DNA of 64,000 nt from Lingula anatina (lineage: Eukaryota > Animalia > Brachiopoda). Position numbers and translations under genes: made by a program. The notes below the pieces were generated by a model. That model made no database searches and had not been told where the DNA came from. It saw only the letters and a program-made list of their open reading frames with translations. Of the stretch, positions 23,195 through 35,378 are shown one piece after another (positions within the stretch are counted from its first letter, which is position 1; every line of letters begins with the position of its first letter). The stretch lies in the NCBI GenBank assembly GCA_051362555.1, contig CM120646.1:372001-436000 (forward strand), written 5' to 3'.

Positions 23195-26100
23195 GTAAGT
23201 CTTAAACTTTTCTCTACTCACAGGATAACTCAGGACTAAGAGAGATGGATTTAGGATTTGGATTGATTGGTTAATTTTATCAGTCATAAAAAAACTGATG
23301 TGTTTGATGCTGTGCTCTTGTATGCAATGAATTTCCCATGTCTACACTGATGTTACACTTATTATCTGACACAGCTGGGGTTATAGATAGTTGAGCATTG
23401 ACAAGTTGTCTTAGATATTATTGAATTTATGCTAATTGATGGGAGTTTAGTTTAGAAACCAGATGTTGCCAGTCTTATTTTGTGTTCGTCTAATTTTTGT
23501 GTCAACACACAACTCCTATGTACTCCTTCACTCAGTGCAGTTATATGTGATATTTACCCTGCACTTGCCACCGAACATTTACTGGGTTAATTACTGACGT
23601 GTCATTGAACTGAATGACATAGCTCTCAAAAATCTCATTTATCTGGTAAACTCTAATTGTTCTTGTCACCTGAATTCACTATAAATACATTTCAATTATC
23701 TAGTGATTTAGGAAAAAGGTAATTGTAAGTGTCTGGGTGCACATTTCATGGTCTCTGAGGGAGAGGGCTGCGGGAGGTGATGGAGTAAAAAAAGACCTGC
23801 TCTGCTAGTAAGTAAATCAGTGTACTTAGAAGTCTCCAAGGAAATTGTGGTAAAAGTAGACATAAAAACCCCGCAGTGACTCAGTATGCTTGGTAAGGCT
23901 CTGAAGGATTTATTACAGCAAAATGTAGGTATGTTGTTTGCATTAAAACAATTAATGTCACTCATATCTTACTTCACAACAGCAGTAAGCAACAGTTTTC
24001 AGCATGGGAAAAATTAACCAGTTCTGATGAGTATGCTTCTTGTTAAATTTTATATCAACAGTCACAAACTTCAATTTTCTTAACCATTATAACCCCATCA
24101 GGATCAAAAACTTTGCTAAATCTCTGTAGATGGTGTTTTGGAAAATAACAAAAGAAATATTATGGGTTTTAAAATAGTTTGTTGCTTGTTTGAAGGGACT
24201 GCATGCAAGATTGTGGTGTAAAAAAAAAAGAAAAAGGAAAAAAAAAAGAAAATGCAAATTTCAAAGTTTACAGGTGTCTTCAAAAATTTATATACTAATT
24301 AGCCAATTGTACTTATTCAGAAGATACAAACTCTACCATAGTATTATCCTACAAATGTTTAGTTTTGTCTGCTTTTTGCTTCAATAGACACCAAGTTTAC
24401 AGACATCTCTCTCCTCTTCATTTTTTCATCAAGGGAATTAACTACATTATTACAGCAACATGGTAGCATGACTTGGGGATATACGTGTTAAAGCAGGAAA
24501 GGGAAACAGAAAGATTTAAGAGACATAAAATCTCATCCATTCTGTCTTCAACAGTGAGACTGCTTTGTGGGTTCTTTGCGTCAATCTACTAGTGTCACCA
24601 TGGGAACACAGAATACTTATTTATCTTCTGATTGTAGTTATCACAGCAGCTAAAACAAAAATAATGTATTAAAGCCAATATGGTAGAGTAAGTTTGTAAG
24701 AACTGGTGAAAAAAAGACATCAGACATTGCTGTCGTCTGCTGCACAAGTCTTACTTTTCTTCTTTTTTGTTTACCTGGTTTGAATTGGCTTCTCTTCACT
24801 TTTTCAGAAGATTATTTGCCAGCTCACAAAAAGCATTAAACCCTGTAAATATTTGTTCAGTATAAAATGATTACTTTTTTCCTTCCTCTTAAATTGACTC
24901 GTCAAAATAAGCAAACATAAAACTGAGCAATTTTTTATTTTCTTTTTCATGTCTGTTTTCAATGATCAGTCAGAAAGTTGGGTCAAAAAGTCATGTTATA
25001 TTAAATAAATTACGCTTTACAATGTAAAAAGACAAACATTTCAGCACTGGTAACAATAAGCATTTGATAATGCAGAGACACAGAATGCTCTATATTATAT
25101 AAGGTGTTAAGACGAACACTAGGTCTCAGTAATGGCGGGGTTTACCCTCGTCCTGCCAGGTAATGGCAGTTTTAGCGCCTTGGTGCACAGATAAAAGTCT
25201 ATAAAATATGGAATGGCAAATTTTACACTTGATGAACACAGGTGATATTTTTGACCGTGTCAAGTTCAGAGGGGGGGGGGGGGGGGGGGGGGGGGGACAG
25301 CCTGCACCCACTGTGATAGTTTATATATATTGAAGTTTTTTATAAAATGAAACTTTAAAATATTTACCAATTATTTGACTGACTAAAGGTGAATCTTGTT
25401 ATTTAGTTGAACAGACTGTTTTAGGAGACTGTTTCTTTTAATATTTAAAAATATTCAGAGAAATATTTCAAAAAGTTCAACATCACTCCATATTTTTTCC
25501 AAAGATTTCTGCACAGTTGGGTGAGAGGGGAGGGAGGGGGGTATTTTGTCCTCCTTTTTGATCTTTTCCCAGATGTCATTGATCTAGAAACCTGCTTTTG
25601 TCCAAGTTATCAGAAATCTATATCATCTACAGAAAACTTCAGGTCATCTTTAGTTTAAAATCTAAAAGGTTAAGTTATTCAGCTGTAGAAGTCGTGACCC
25701 ACACCTGTTGCCTCGTTCAATTAACCAAAGAACACCACCTTACCACAGTCTCCAACTGGTATTACATCCCCTCTTGATGATGACATTTTGCTATTTTTTA
25801 TGAGAATAAATTTCGGAATTTATGACTTGTTCTTTAGAAGAGATATATCCTGGCTGCAAAGAAAACTTTGTAAAGGAATACATGTAAACACCTAGGATAG
25901 ATATTTTGAGTTCAAGCACACACCAATCCCTTGCGTGGCTGCCACTCTAGATACTGGTTTAAAGTCAAGAATCAAAATTGATTGTACTTATAAGATTGCT
26001 TGACAGCATGCTGTGGATTGAGTTGGTTAATTGCAATTAATACAAATATTCCAGCTGGCTATGCCATACCAAAAGAAGAATTAAATTTGATTGTATTGAG

Positions 26101-28925
26101 ACATTCCACTTGTGACTTCCTGAGGTTAGTTTGAAAATGTTTTATGTAAAAGTAATGTTGGATACAACCAGGCCCACTTTAGTTAACAACTGTAAGATTC
26201 CAGTTACAAGATTATTTGAGGTAGCTCATGAATTATGGATATCCAACCAATGTCCTCAGATCATTACAGCCAATCTTGACTGTTGTATAGTTAGGACATA
26301 TTATATTTGAGACATGATTTGGTCAATGCAACTCACAAGCCCTTCGTTTTCACATCAAGCTGGATTTTTGGCACGCTTCAAGAGATTGACAACTTATGAA
26401 TTAAAGTAGCCTGGCTGTTATGCTAATTACAGTTACCTAAATGGAGCTTCCATGATGGCCTATGCATGGTCAATTCATTAACTGAGCAGTAAGAAGCATA
26501 TTTGTGGATAACTTGTGTAGGGGAGTAAAACCCTCTGTATAGCATAAATAAATGTTTGAGCCTCTCATGGAGAACCAGAGCACACTGTAACTCTGGAGAA
26601 TATCACTGGACATGAAAGAGCCCAAATCTGCTGCTCAAAGCAGTACGCTCTACCAACTCTTTTGTCTGCGGTAATTGTTCATAAGTTTTCAAATTCCTAA
26701 TTTTATTTTCATAAAATTACCAATATCTTCTTGACAGACACGGCAGTATATTTACCAGGTTTATTAATAACAAAAAGATTTGTGATAGAGTTGAGAGTGT
26801 ACATATAATATTATAGTTGTTATAGTTCATAATAATTCAATTCATGGCAGAAATCCAACTCACTTTTCAAATTATCTTTTTTGAGGAATAACCAACAAAG
26901 AACTCTTTCAAGAAATGTAAGTGGTTGGTATTGTTAGAAAAAAATTGAGCAATTACGTTTAAATGACACTTGAGATTGAACAATATTTTATATGTCAAGA
27001 TGCAGTCTGAATAATGGGCGCCCAGACAAAATTTTTATTTAGACTCAGTCTCCAAGCTTTTAAAAAAATGAACTAAAAAATTCATCTCAAAATATCAATA
27101 ATTATTTTGTGGTAGAACTTTGTCTCAGGGATGTCATTAGCCTGTCCTTCAATTTAGTTCATCAAAAACAATGCGTGTATCAGGAAGAGCAGCTCTAAAG
27201 ATGACGTCTGAGATTGCCGAGTTTCTGGTGCCCCGGATCATGTGTGACAACTAGTGATTTGCTCTGCTTAGTTGCAGTATTGTGTGTGACAGCACATTTC
27301 ATATTGCAGATATTCTATATAATAATAATAACAATATGTGTGTGTGTCACATGCCTTTGACCTAAACATTAGGTTTATATCTGCAGATAATTTCCATAAC
27401 AGTTTGGTTAACATAACGCAGTGCACGGGTGTCTACATCTGGCAGGGAATGGCGCCTGGAAATATAGGTTGTCCACACAGAAAATAGGGGGAGTTAATGC
27501 TCTGAATACAAAAAATAATTGCCCCATAGAACTTACTAGTTAAGACTAGTGATAGCAAAGATTACGTAGTCTAGAAGCAGACTGACTGCAGTGGGTTTAG
27601 ACCTCAGATGTTATGTTATTATAAGGCAGCTACAGCACTTGGCGCAGACTTGTTTCCGTGTCATTGAACATGGCAAACTTACTGCATTGTGTTCTTTTAA
27701 TGTTTTGGAAAAAGAATTATGAACTGTCTGAAAAATAGGTGTCTTTTCCACAATGCACACTGATTATTACTACGCATTTATAATCTGCTGTATTGGAAGT
27801 GTTTGTCTGTGGTTTGAGTGGGTGGGTGTGTGGGAGGGTGGCTTTGAGGGGGGGGGGGGAGAAAAACGGGCAGAACTGTACTTTATATGACCAACCAAAC
27901 TTAATTAATGGCTTTATCTAAGAGAGAGAGGATTATGTTTCATTCCCATAAGTCCTTTCACATTTCAAACCAGAAATAGGTCCATATTACAGATAATTTA
28001 AGAAGTCTGGATTATTGAGAAGTAAAACATGAGTTTCCGCTCTTCACTACTTAAAAGTTTTAACCCACTATGCCTGGTAACATGTTTTAGCCTAATGTAC
28101 AGTCCAAAATGATCCTAATGTAAACACGCCTTCAGATACACCCTCGCCACCCCCTCCACCTAAACCGCCCTCTATTTACCTGTGTCACCTGTTATGATAA
28201 CTGGCGTCAATTAGGATGTTGATAATGTCATTTGTCCTGTGAAGTTGACAGTGACAGATGACACGTACCCCTGAGTGGACAGGTGCTGCAATAGCGAGGA
28301 CTTTGATGACAACTGAGGTACCTGTTGTTAGCCTTAGGCTGCACTCCCACAAGTCTGCTTTGGATTGGAAAAGGGCAAAGCTTGAGTGGGTGTTATTCGT
28401 GTGTTTGTGTTATTCAGTGTGTACGTGCCAGCGTGTGTGTGTGTATACGTGTGTGTTGCCCACATTCATTTCTTAGCACCCTGCTGATATCTGCCAGTGA
28501 CATTAAAACACGTAAGTCCTGGGAAGAGGACTGCTACAAATTGCAACACCTGCTGCCTCTAGTTTCAAAGCCCTGATATCTCTACCCCTATACTTTCAGC
28601 TTCCTATTGATTCTATATGATTTTATATACAGTAGTTGTACAATTCAGGCTAAGTCCCAGACTCTGCTCTGCACAGGTGAGAGAATTCAGGTTCCATGAG
28701 AGACTGACCATGCATGCATGTGTGCACATGCGCGTAGAAAATGAAAAGTTTGCAGTAACAAGTTTGTAGGAGTTTGCAAGAAAATTTCTATTGCTGCTAA
28801 TTTGCAGCCATATTGCAGTAATTAAGTTTGTTGTGAATTTGCAGCAGGCCTTATATTTCGGTAAGGCCCTGAAGTCATGCATGGCTACTTGGGCATGTTC
28901 TATAATGGTCTCTTCAGACTCCAAA

Positions 28926-29093
28926 CAGGCCGTAGGCAGCAATTTTAAAAGGGGGGTTCTTTTTCTGAAAAAGTGGACCTTTTACAATGAAACCTTTTAC
29001 AATGTACCTAGATTAAATTTTACCCAGAATGGACCTTTTCCTGACAAAAAAGGTGGTTCTTTCGAACCTCAACCCCCCCTGGCTACGGGCCTG
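28926..29093. mobile_element. Short MITE with CAGGCC(C)GTAG termini
   Basis: TIRs CAGGCCGTAG / CTACGGGCCTG; CCAAA direct repeat on both flanks; related to 48222-48358. Confidence 0.7.
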
Positions 29094-29852
29094 CCAAAGA
29101 TAGTAATTATTAAAGATGGTTTCATCAAAAAACTGAGGGAGATCAAAATACAGGTCTTAAAACTAAAGTCTTCAAGATTGTCACTTTCTTATCCTGGATA
29201 TTAGCCTTTAAAAGTAAAATTAAATCACCCAATTTATCCAGTAAAACTGCTCTTCAAGAATATTCAGGAAGTCCTGGAGGATTCTAAATTGGTACTTAGT
29301 TAAGTAACATTATCTGTGACATCTGTGAAAATGACTGATAATAATAAATAAACGCTACCAGCTCAATGTGTCATTTCAACAAGTGCTGGACATGAAGGTG
29401 GATTGCGTAACCTCTTCGGGCAATGATGGCCCAATTTATACATCTGAAGTGGAATATCTAAAGTGAAATCATAAGGTATTGAATATGTTTTGAAGAAGAT
29501 AGTGAGGTTTTGAAATTTTATCCACTTCTGAATCTACAGATGACACCATATAACCAGCCAAAGCTTTGGTTTAGCTTCACTCATCAGGAGAGATTAGCTA
29601 CACATCACTGAGTTCCTCAGTTCAAAATGCTCTTATTTTTCGCACCTTATGCCTCTAGATTGATGAACTGAGATGACCACAACAGCCCTCTCAAAGTTGT
29701 TGCACAATAGACTCAGTAAAAAGACTCCCTGAGGCATGAGAGAACTGCCTATCAGCATGAAAAAACTACTAAAGCAGTGTTCAAACTGGTTAGAACTTTG
29801 AAATGTCATAAAAATTCAACAGAGGTGGATTTATTGTTCAACACAGAAGTGT

Positions 29853-29854
29853 AT

Positions 29855-29897
<43 letters not shown>

Positions 29898-29900
29898 TTT
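29853..29900. repeat. (ATTT)n microsatellite
   Basis: Direct inspection. Confidence 0.9.
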
Positions 29901-32900
29901 GTTGTTTAAAGGACCTGTATGATAATGGATTTCTCCTTTTGGAAAAAAAAATGACTCCATGATTATATTCTAAATATATCTTAAATACCTGAACATGATT
30001 TCTTATTAATGCAGCAATGGACAGTTTATATAATGACCCAATAATTGGTTTTTAATGATGGACATAAAATGCAGGCAGTCATTAAATATTAAGTCTGTTA
30101 AGTAAAGAAATTTAATGGTTGCTGCATGGTCTGGAAGTAGCCAGGTTAACTGAGCCCATTTCTAGGAAAATTGTTTAGAGGGTTCATGAATTACTTTTCT
30201 TATTTTCCTGATGAGAATACTATGTTGAATTTGTAAAATTTAATTGCATCATGAATTTTACAGTTTAGACAGTTCTCTCAAAGGTAAAAGGATTATAGTC
30301 ACTGAGATAAATTTGTGTGGCATTTCTTTGAAAATTGTCTTGAGGATGAATAAATATGACATCACTCGTGACTGTCACCTGTGTACCACATTGTCAAAAT
30401 TATTGAATGGCACCTTAAATTGGCCTGGTAGGTAGACTTTCTTGGAAAACAATTTTGGAATTAAGGTAATAGTCATAGATGACAGGTGTGTTATCAACTT
30501 TGGCAATCACAGTGTTTTGTTACGTAAACCTTGTGTACTAACTAACCTGAAGGTCAAGGCCACAGTTGTTTTTTTTTCTAAAATAGACCTTATAACATGT
30601 GTTCATAAGTTTTTTATTGATTTTGTCAAAACTTTTTAAATGCATCTAATTCAATATTCAGTCACAAACTTAGGTAATACACCTGCATTTCTCCCCTCTA
30701 AGTTGTACCACCGACAGAAAATAAAGTGCACTTAAAGAAACAAATACATGGTCAGCACAGTGAAGTTTAACACAGGGCAGTCAATTTCTCATGTTTTATT
30801 ATGTCGTGATATAACAGGACACTAGCAGACATTTGTGGTTGAGTGTAAACGTGAACTGCATATAAGAACAAGTTCCCAGTTGTTTTGACTTGTTTTCCTG
30901 CGTGGGTATGATATCAGGGCGGCGCCGTTCTTATTGATGATGTCATACCTGTCACGTTATTCAACTGTCGCAGTTTAGGTGTATGCAGTTTGAACTCCAG
31001 ATTTAACGTAAATGCTGTGATGAGATGAGCTTTATAAAAAGCTGATACAGATAAAAGATAAAACCAAGAACTCATTAGGAAGGATTATGATGTCATGATG
31101 TGTATATTTTTGGAAGGATTTCTACGTGGACACATTGGACTCAGGCTGTATTTAGAAATTTTTCAGCTTCCTGGTATTAAACAAGATCATTTGTGATTGA
31201 TTTCCTTTTCCATTTTGCCAGATATTGAGTGTGTTTTTCAACCGCTTGGTATGATTTTGATCTCTTTATGTCATCTCAATACTTTATGCTGACACACAAA
31301 GGTTCTTTGAAAACTGCCGTATTGTACATTGGCACCCAGTCTTGTGTATCAAACCTTCACATAGACTCAATGGAAAAGGTGGATGTAGCTGAAATGAAAT
31401 GAAAATTGCATGAAGAACTAGCACCCAGTGCTGCATACATAGCTCCACTGCTGAAGGTGAAAATGGTTTTATGGAAATGTCAACACGTGGTGCTGAAGTT
31501 GGTCAAATTTTTTGACAATGCAGATAGTTCATGTCATGATCCCTTCTTGTTGTGAAATAGCCCCTCATATGTATTCTGTTGAGCTCTAAGTTGAAATGAA
31601 GTCTTGAAACATTAATTCAACATGCCATGGCCTGGGCATGGTACTGTATGGGCCCCTGATGTGTATTCTATAAAAGTAAAAGACTTCAGCTTATGTGCAG
31701 GAATGTTTTGTGATTGGTTTATCTATGAATTTCTTTTGTTCTGTCAAATTCGATTCCGCCACTTTCCCACCAGGTCAGGATTCAGGTGAAAAGAGCATAT
31801 TGGATTTTTCAACATTGGTTCAATTTTTAACCCAACTCCATTGATTTACTGTGAAATGTTAAATGCTGTTAATGTCACATAACGGATTGGTGTAAGTTGT
31901 GTAATAGAATGAACCTCATACATTAATTGCAGGGTGTGCTCAATTTACTGACATTGATAAGAATGTAGAATTTGGTCTGTATTCTGTTGTTTAATAAAAA
32001 TCCCCCCATTTCATTTTTTTAGTGAATTGAATTGAAGTGATACACTATAAAGTAAGCACAAGCTCTTTGTGACATGATCATTTACAAACAATCATTTTTA
32101 TTTTAAGAGTTTTTGTTGAAATCATCAATAACACAAGCTGAGCTGGGATTTGGTATATATTATTTCTGAGTAAATATCATCCTGGAATGTAGGCAAAATC
32201 ATATGGGTCTTATTCCATATAGAAAAAAATCACCTACCATTATAGGGTGTAGTATTTCTGAACATTTTGATAATATCTAAAATATAAAAAGAATGGCATG
32301 TACTACACCTGCACAAGTAGAAAAAGTATCCATGTATTTAGTTTTATACATAGGTATTATCAAGGTATCATTTTGACCAAGCTGTTCATTATGCTGTTAC
32401 TACCATATAATTTGCTAGGGAGGTGAGCCAGAAAAATGTTGTCCCCCAAGTAAAATTAAGACTGCATCTGTGAATACATAAAACACAGAGGTGTTGACAT
32501 ATTGTGTGAAATTTACTTTAACAATTTGGACATCTGTATTTGTCAGACTGGGTATTGATCAAAACTTCTGAAATCGGTGAATTGTGTATTACTATTAGGT
32601 ATAGTCCTTACTTGTTTACAATTTTATAAGTTCCTGTCACAGTTAACACTTGGTCAATCTGTCTCTCTAGACCCCCTTCACACACACAGTCTATATATCC
32701 CAAAAATCACACCAAAGTTGGTCAAGTCTGATTGTGTTGTTATATATTTATCAGTGTTTTTATCTTACTTATCTAGAAAGTCTATTATTTATTTATTTTT
32801 GGTCAACCCTCTCAAGTGCAACCTTCTCTCCCTGGCTCCCTCTATCATCCTATATATTGTCCATGTCTCACAGTGGTACTACAGGCCAACCACTCTGATT

Positions 32901-33989
32901 GTATTGTAAGATTGGATATTTATATTATATCTGTCTACCAGCAGTGCCATCTCTGTCTATGAACCCAGTGGGTCACAAATAAGCTGATTAAAATCTGAGG
33001 CACAGCTCTAGTGATTGGCCTTGACGTACACTGTGTGATTTCTGTGGGGAGCTATACCAGCTCTAGAACACTTGACTTAATTCTGACTTCAATTTGACAA
33101 ATTAGGGCAAGTATGGAAGGAGCATCTTTGATATAAGTTTATTATAAGTTATATCAATCATAAATTTATTATTATTATTATTAACAAAGGTATTTAAAAT
33201 TTATAGGCTGTATCTATATGAATTATGTACGGAAAATCATTTTTGATCTCCCAGTTTTGTGTTACTTAAGATACTTAGGTATCTTTCTTGACATGTTTGA
33301 AGTGTTTCACATGTTGCACTACTTGAGCAAGTTTTTTATCTTTCCTCCTCTGACCTCTTCTACTTGTGTTAAAAATTACTTCAATCTTGAGCTCCAATAT
33401 TGGTACAATCATGTCTTGTTTGAGTTTAATGTCAGCTGTACTAAAGATTTTCTTTATTTTTTTCTGTTTTTTCTCTTTTTCTGTCTCCCCCCCCCCCCCA
33501 CTAGGGGGGTCAGACTTATTATTTTAGAATAAACCAGCAATAAAAAGGTGTAAGTGTATAAATTAAGCTGTCAAATGGCTTCAATTACCTGACTTCTAAG
33601 GTAACCGAAGATAAGGATTATCACTGCAATCATCTAATCAGGAGACACTTATTACCGCGACAAGACTGGCATTTTCACATAAATCACTCAGAAATCAAAG
33701 ACTTTGACGTGACGGTTAGATTAAGACAGGAAACTGGAGTTTATATCTACCTTTGTAACAATTAAGATAAGCGGCATCTGACAGTCTTAATGGATTCCTC
33801 AACCAAGTCAGTTCATTCTCTGTGAAGGGCAATTTATTGGATCATTTAAGGCTTTGAAGTAAGGAGCATTTACAGGCCACATGTGAATACTTAACTACAG
33901 ATATTTTTTGTCACTGTGAATGAAATAAATAAAGACATTTCGTCAAATGAAAAAAATGGTTCAAGACAGCTATGTTACCTTATGTTTAA

Positions 33990-34204
33990 GATCCCATTCC
34001 CACAGATTTTAGATCAATCTATCCCTGTGGGGAGTCTCACTAGATTACTGTCAGCTTAGCCAGCTTAAGCATCTGTCCCGCCTACTAAAAGCTGTAAGGG
34101 GGTAATTAACTACCGTGCGCGCTCAGCTGACATCAATTTAGCGTGAACCCCCAGGGAGTTAGGTCGATCCAAATGGGTAGATCTAAATCTCTTGGAATGC
34201 ACTC
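33990..34204. mobile_element. Tourist/PIF-like MITE family copy B
   Basis: Nearly identical body to 47236-47461; CATTCCCA-type TIRs; TAA/TTA flanks. Confidence 0.78.
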
Positions 34205-35000
34205 TTAAGTCTCAAAAAAAAAAAATGTAAAAATAAAAAAGGAAAATACTGAAGATACTCAGCTGTTGGCCATTTGTGTTATGAAATATGTGGTCAATTC
34301 GACCACTTCCTCAATTGTGAAATTCTTTTTTTTTTGGCTCTACTTAAATGTCAATTATCTGACTTATTTTTTATTTATACCTGGTAGCTGCTAAGCATTA
34401 ACTAGAATTTTTAATGACTTACAGTACCAAGTAAAATTGAACAAGTTAAAATTTGTTGCATAAATTTGTGTTTAAGCAAAGCTGACCGTTGAGTAAACCC
34501 AGTAATTGGTGCTATATTAATTCTTATTAATATTCCAAATTTCTTTTTGTAAAACACCTGTATATGTAAATTTCTTCTTCTTCTTTGCAGGTGCACCATA
34601 TTTCTGTGAGGAGCGAAGAGGAATTCCATATAAATGTACTAGAGGTAATCACGGCCAAGTTCCCACCTGGAAGACATCTCACCTGTACTGAGGTGACACA
34701 CACCTGGATGTCACTGTTAACACAGTCACGGAGAGAACTATTGCTAAGGATCATGTGAAAAAAGCGGTTGGAAACAATTACCACAGCACAAGATAGAGTA
34801 GAAGACACACCATTTTCAGTGAGGATATATAAGACAAAATTGTTTTAAAGTGATCTCTTTGCTGTGTACATGTAACAGCAGAGGAAAAACAACACTATTC
34901 AACTGTGGATTAATAACATAAATAATTCCACCTATTAAATCAATCATTCCAGACAGTTTTCCAATTTGGTAATCCAAAACTTGAAAAAAACAACAACAAA

Positions 35001-35378
35001 ATGGCGTTTTGGAAATGGTTTTGGAAAAAGTCCAAGAAAGAGAAGAACAAGGACGAGCCGATGCCACCGGGACCCACAGAAGAGGACATGCAGGAGGCGG
35101 GCTTCACCATCCCCATCCCAGTCGAACCCACGGACCGCAAGGGGCACAAGCTCAACAAAACCTGGTCTATATCGCGATCTGGACGGTATAAAGTGAAGAA
35201 GCGCGAACGTGGAGCGTTAGATAACCAGTTGTATGATGGGCATGATCAGGCTCGCGCAGATCAGCCGCAGACCCAGGCGCAGGCAGACATGCACCATCAC
35301 CCACATGAAAACTACCATCACGACCAAAGAGATACATATCGATTGACTCAACACAATGCACCACAGCCGGTCATGTGA
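35001..35378 (+). CDS. PRR15: PRR15/PRR15L-family small protein, 125 aa, single coding exon
   Basis: ORF with strong ACAAAATGG start context and locally GC/CpG-rich codon usage. N-terminal FWKWFWKKSKKEK and internal WSISRSGRYKVKKRERGAL match the two PRR15-family motifs as I recall them (WWK..RKKSKE and LKISRSGRFKEKRKVRATL in human PRR15). Acceptor TTCTTTGCAG ends at 34590, so the exon starts at 34591. Confidence 0.82.
   Translation: MAFWKWFWKKSKKEKNKDEPMPPGPTEEDMQEAGFTIPIPVEPTDRKGHKLNKTWSISRSGRYKVKKRERGALDNQLYDGHDQARADQPQTQAQADMHHHPHENYHHDQRDTYRLTQHNAPQPVM

Noticed and set aside
28613-29204. 109-aa and 137-aa ORFs
   Set aside because: No recognisable domain, no clear splice or start context, and partly built from a MITE.
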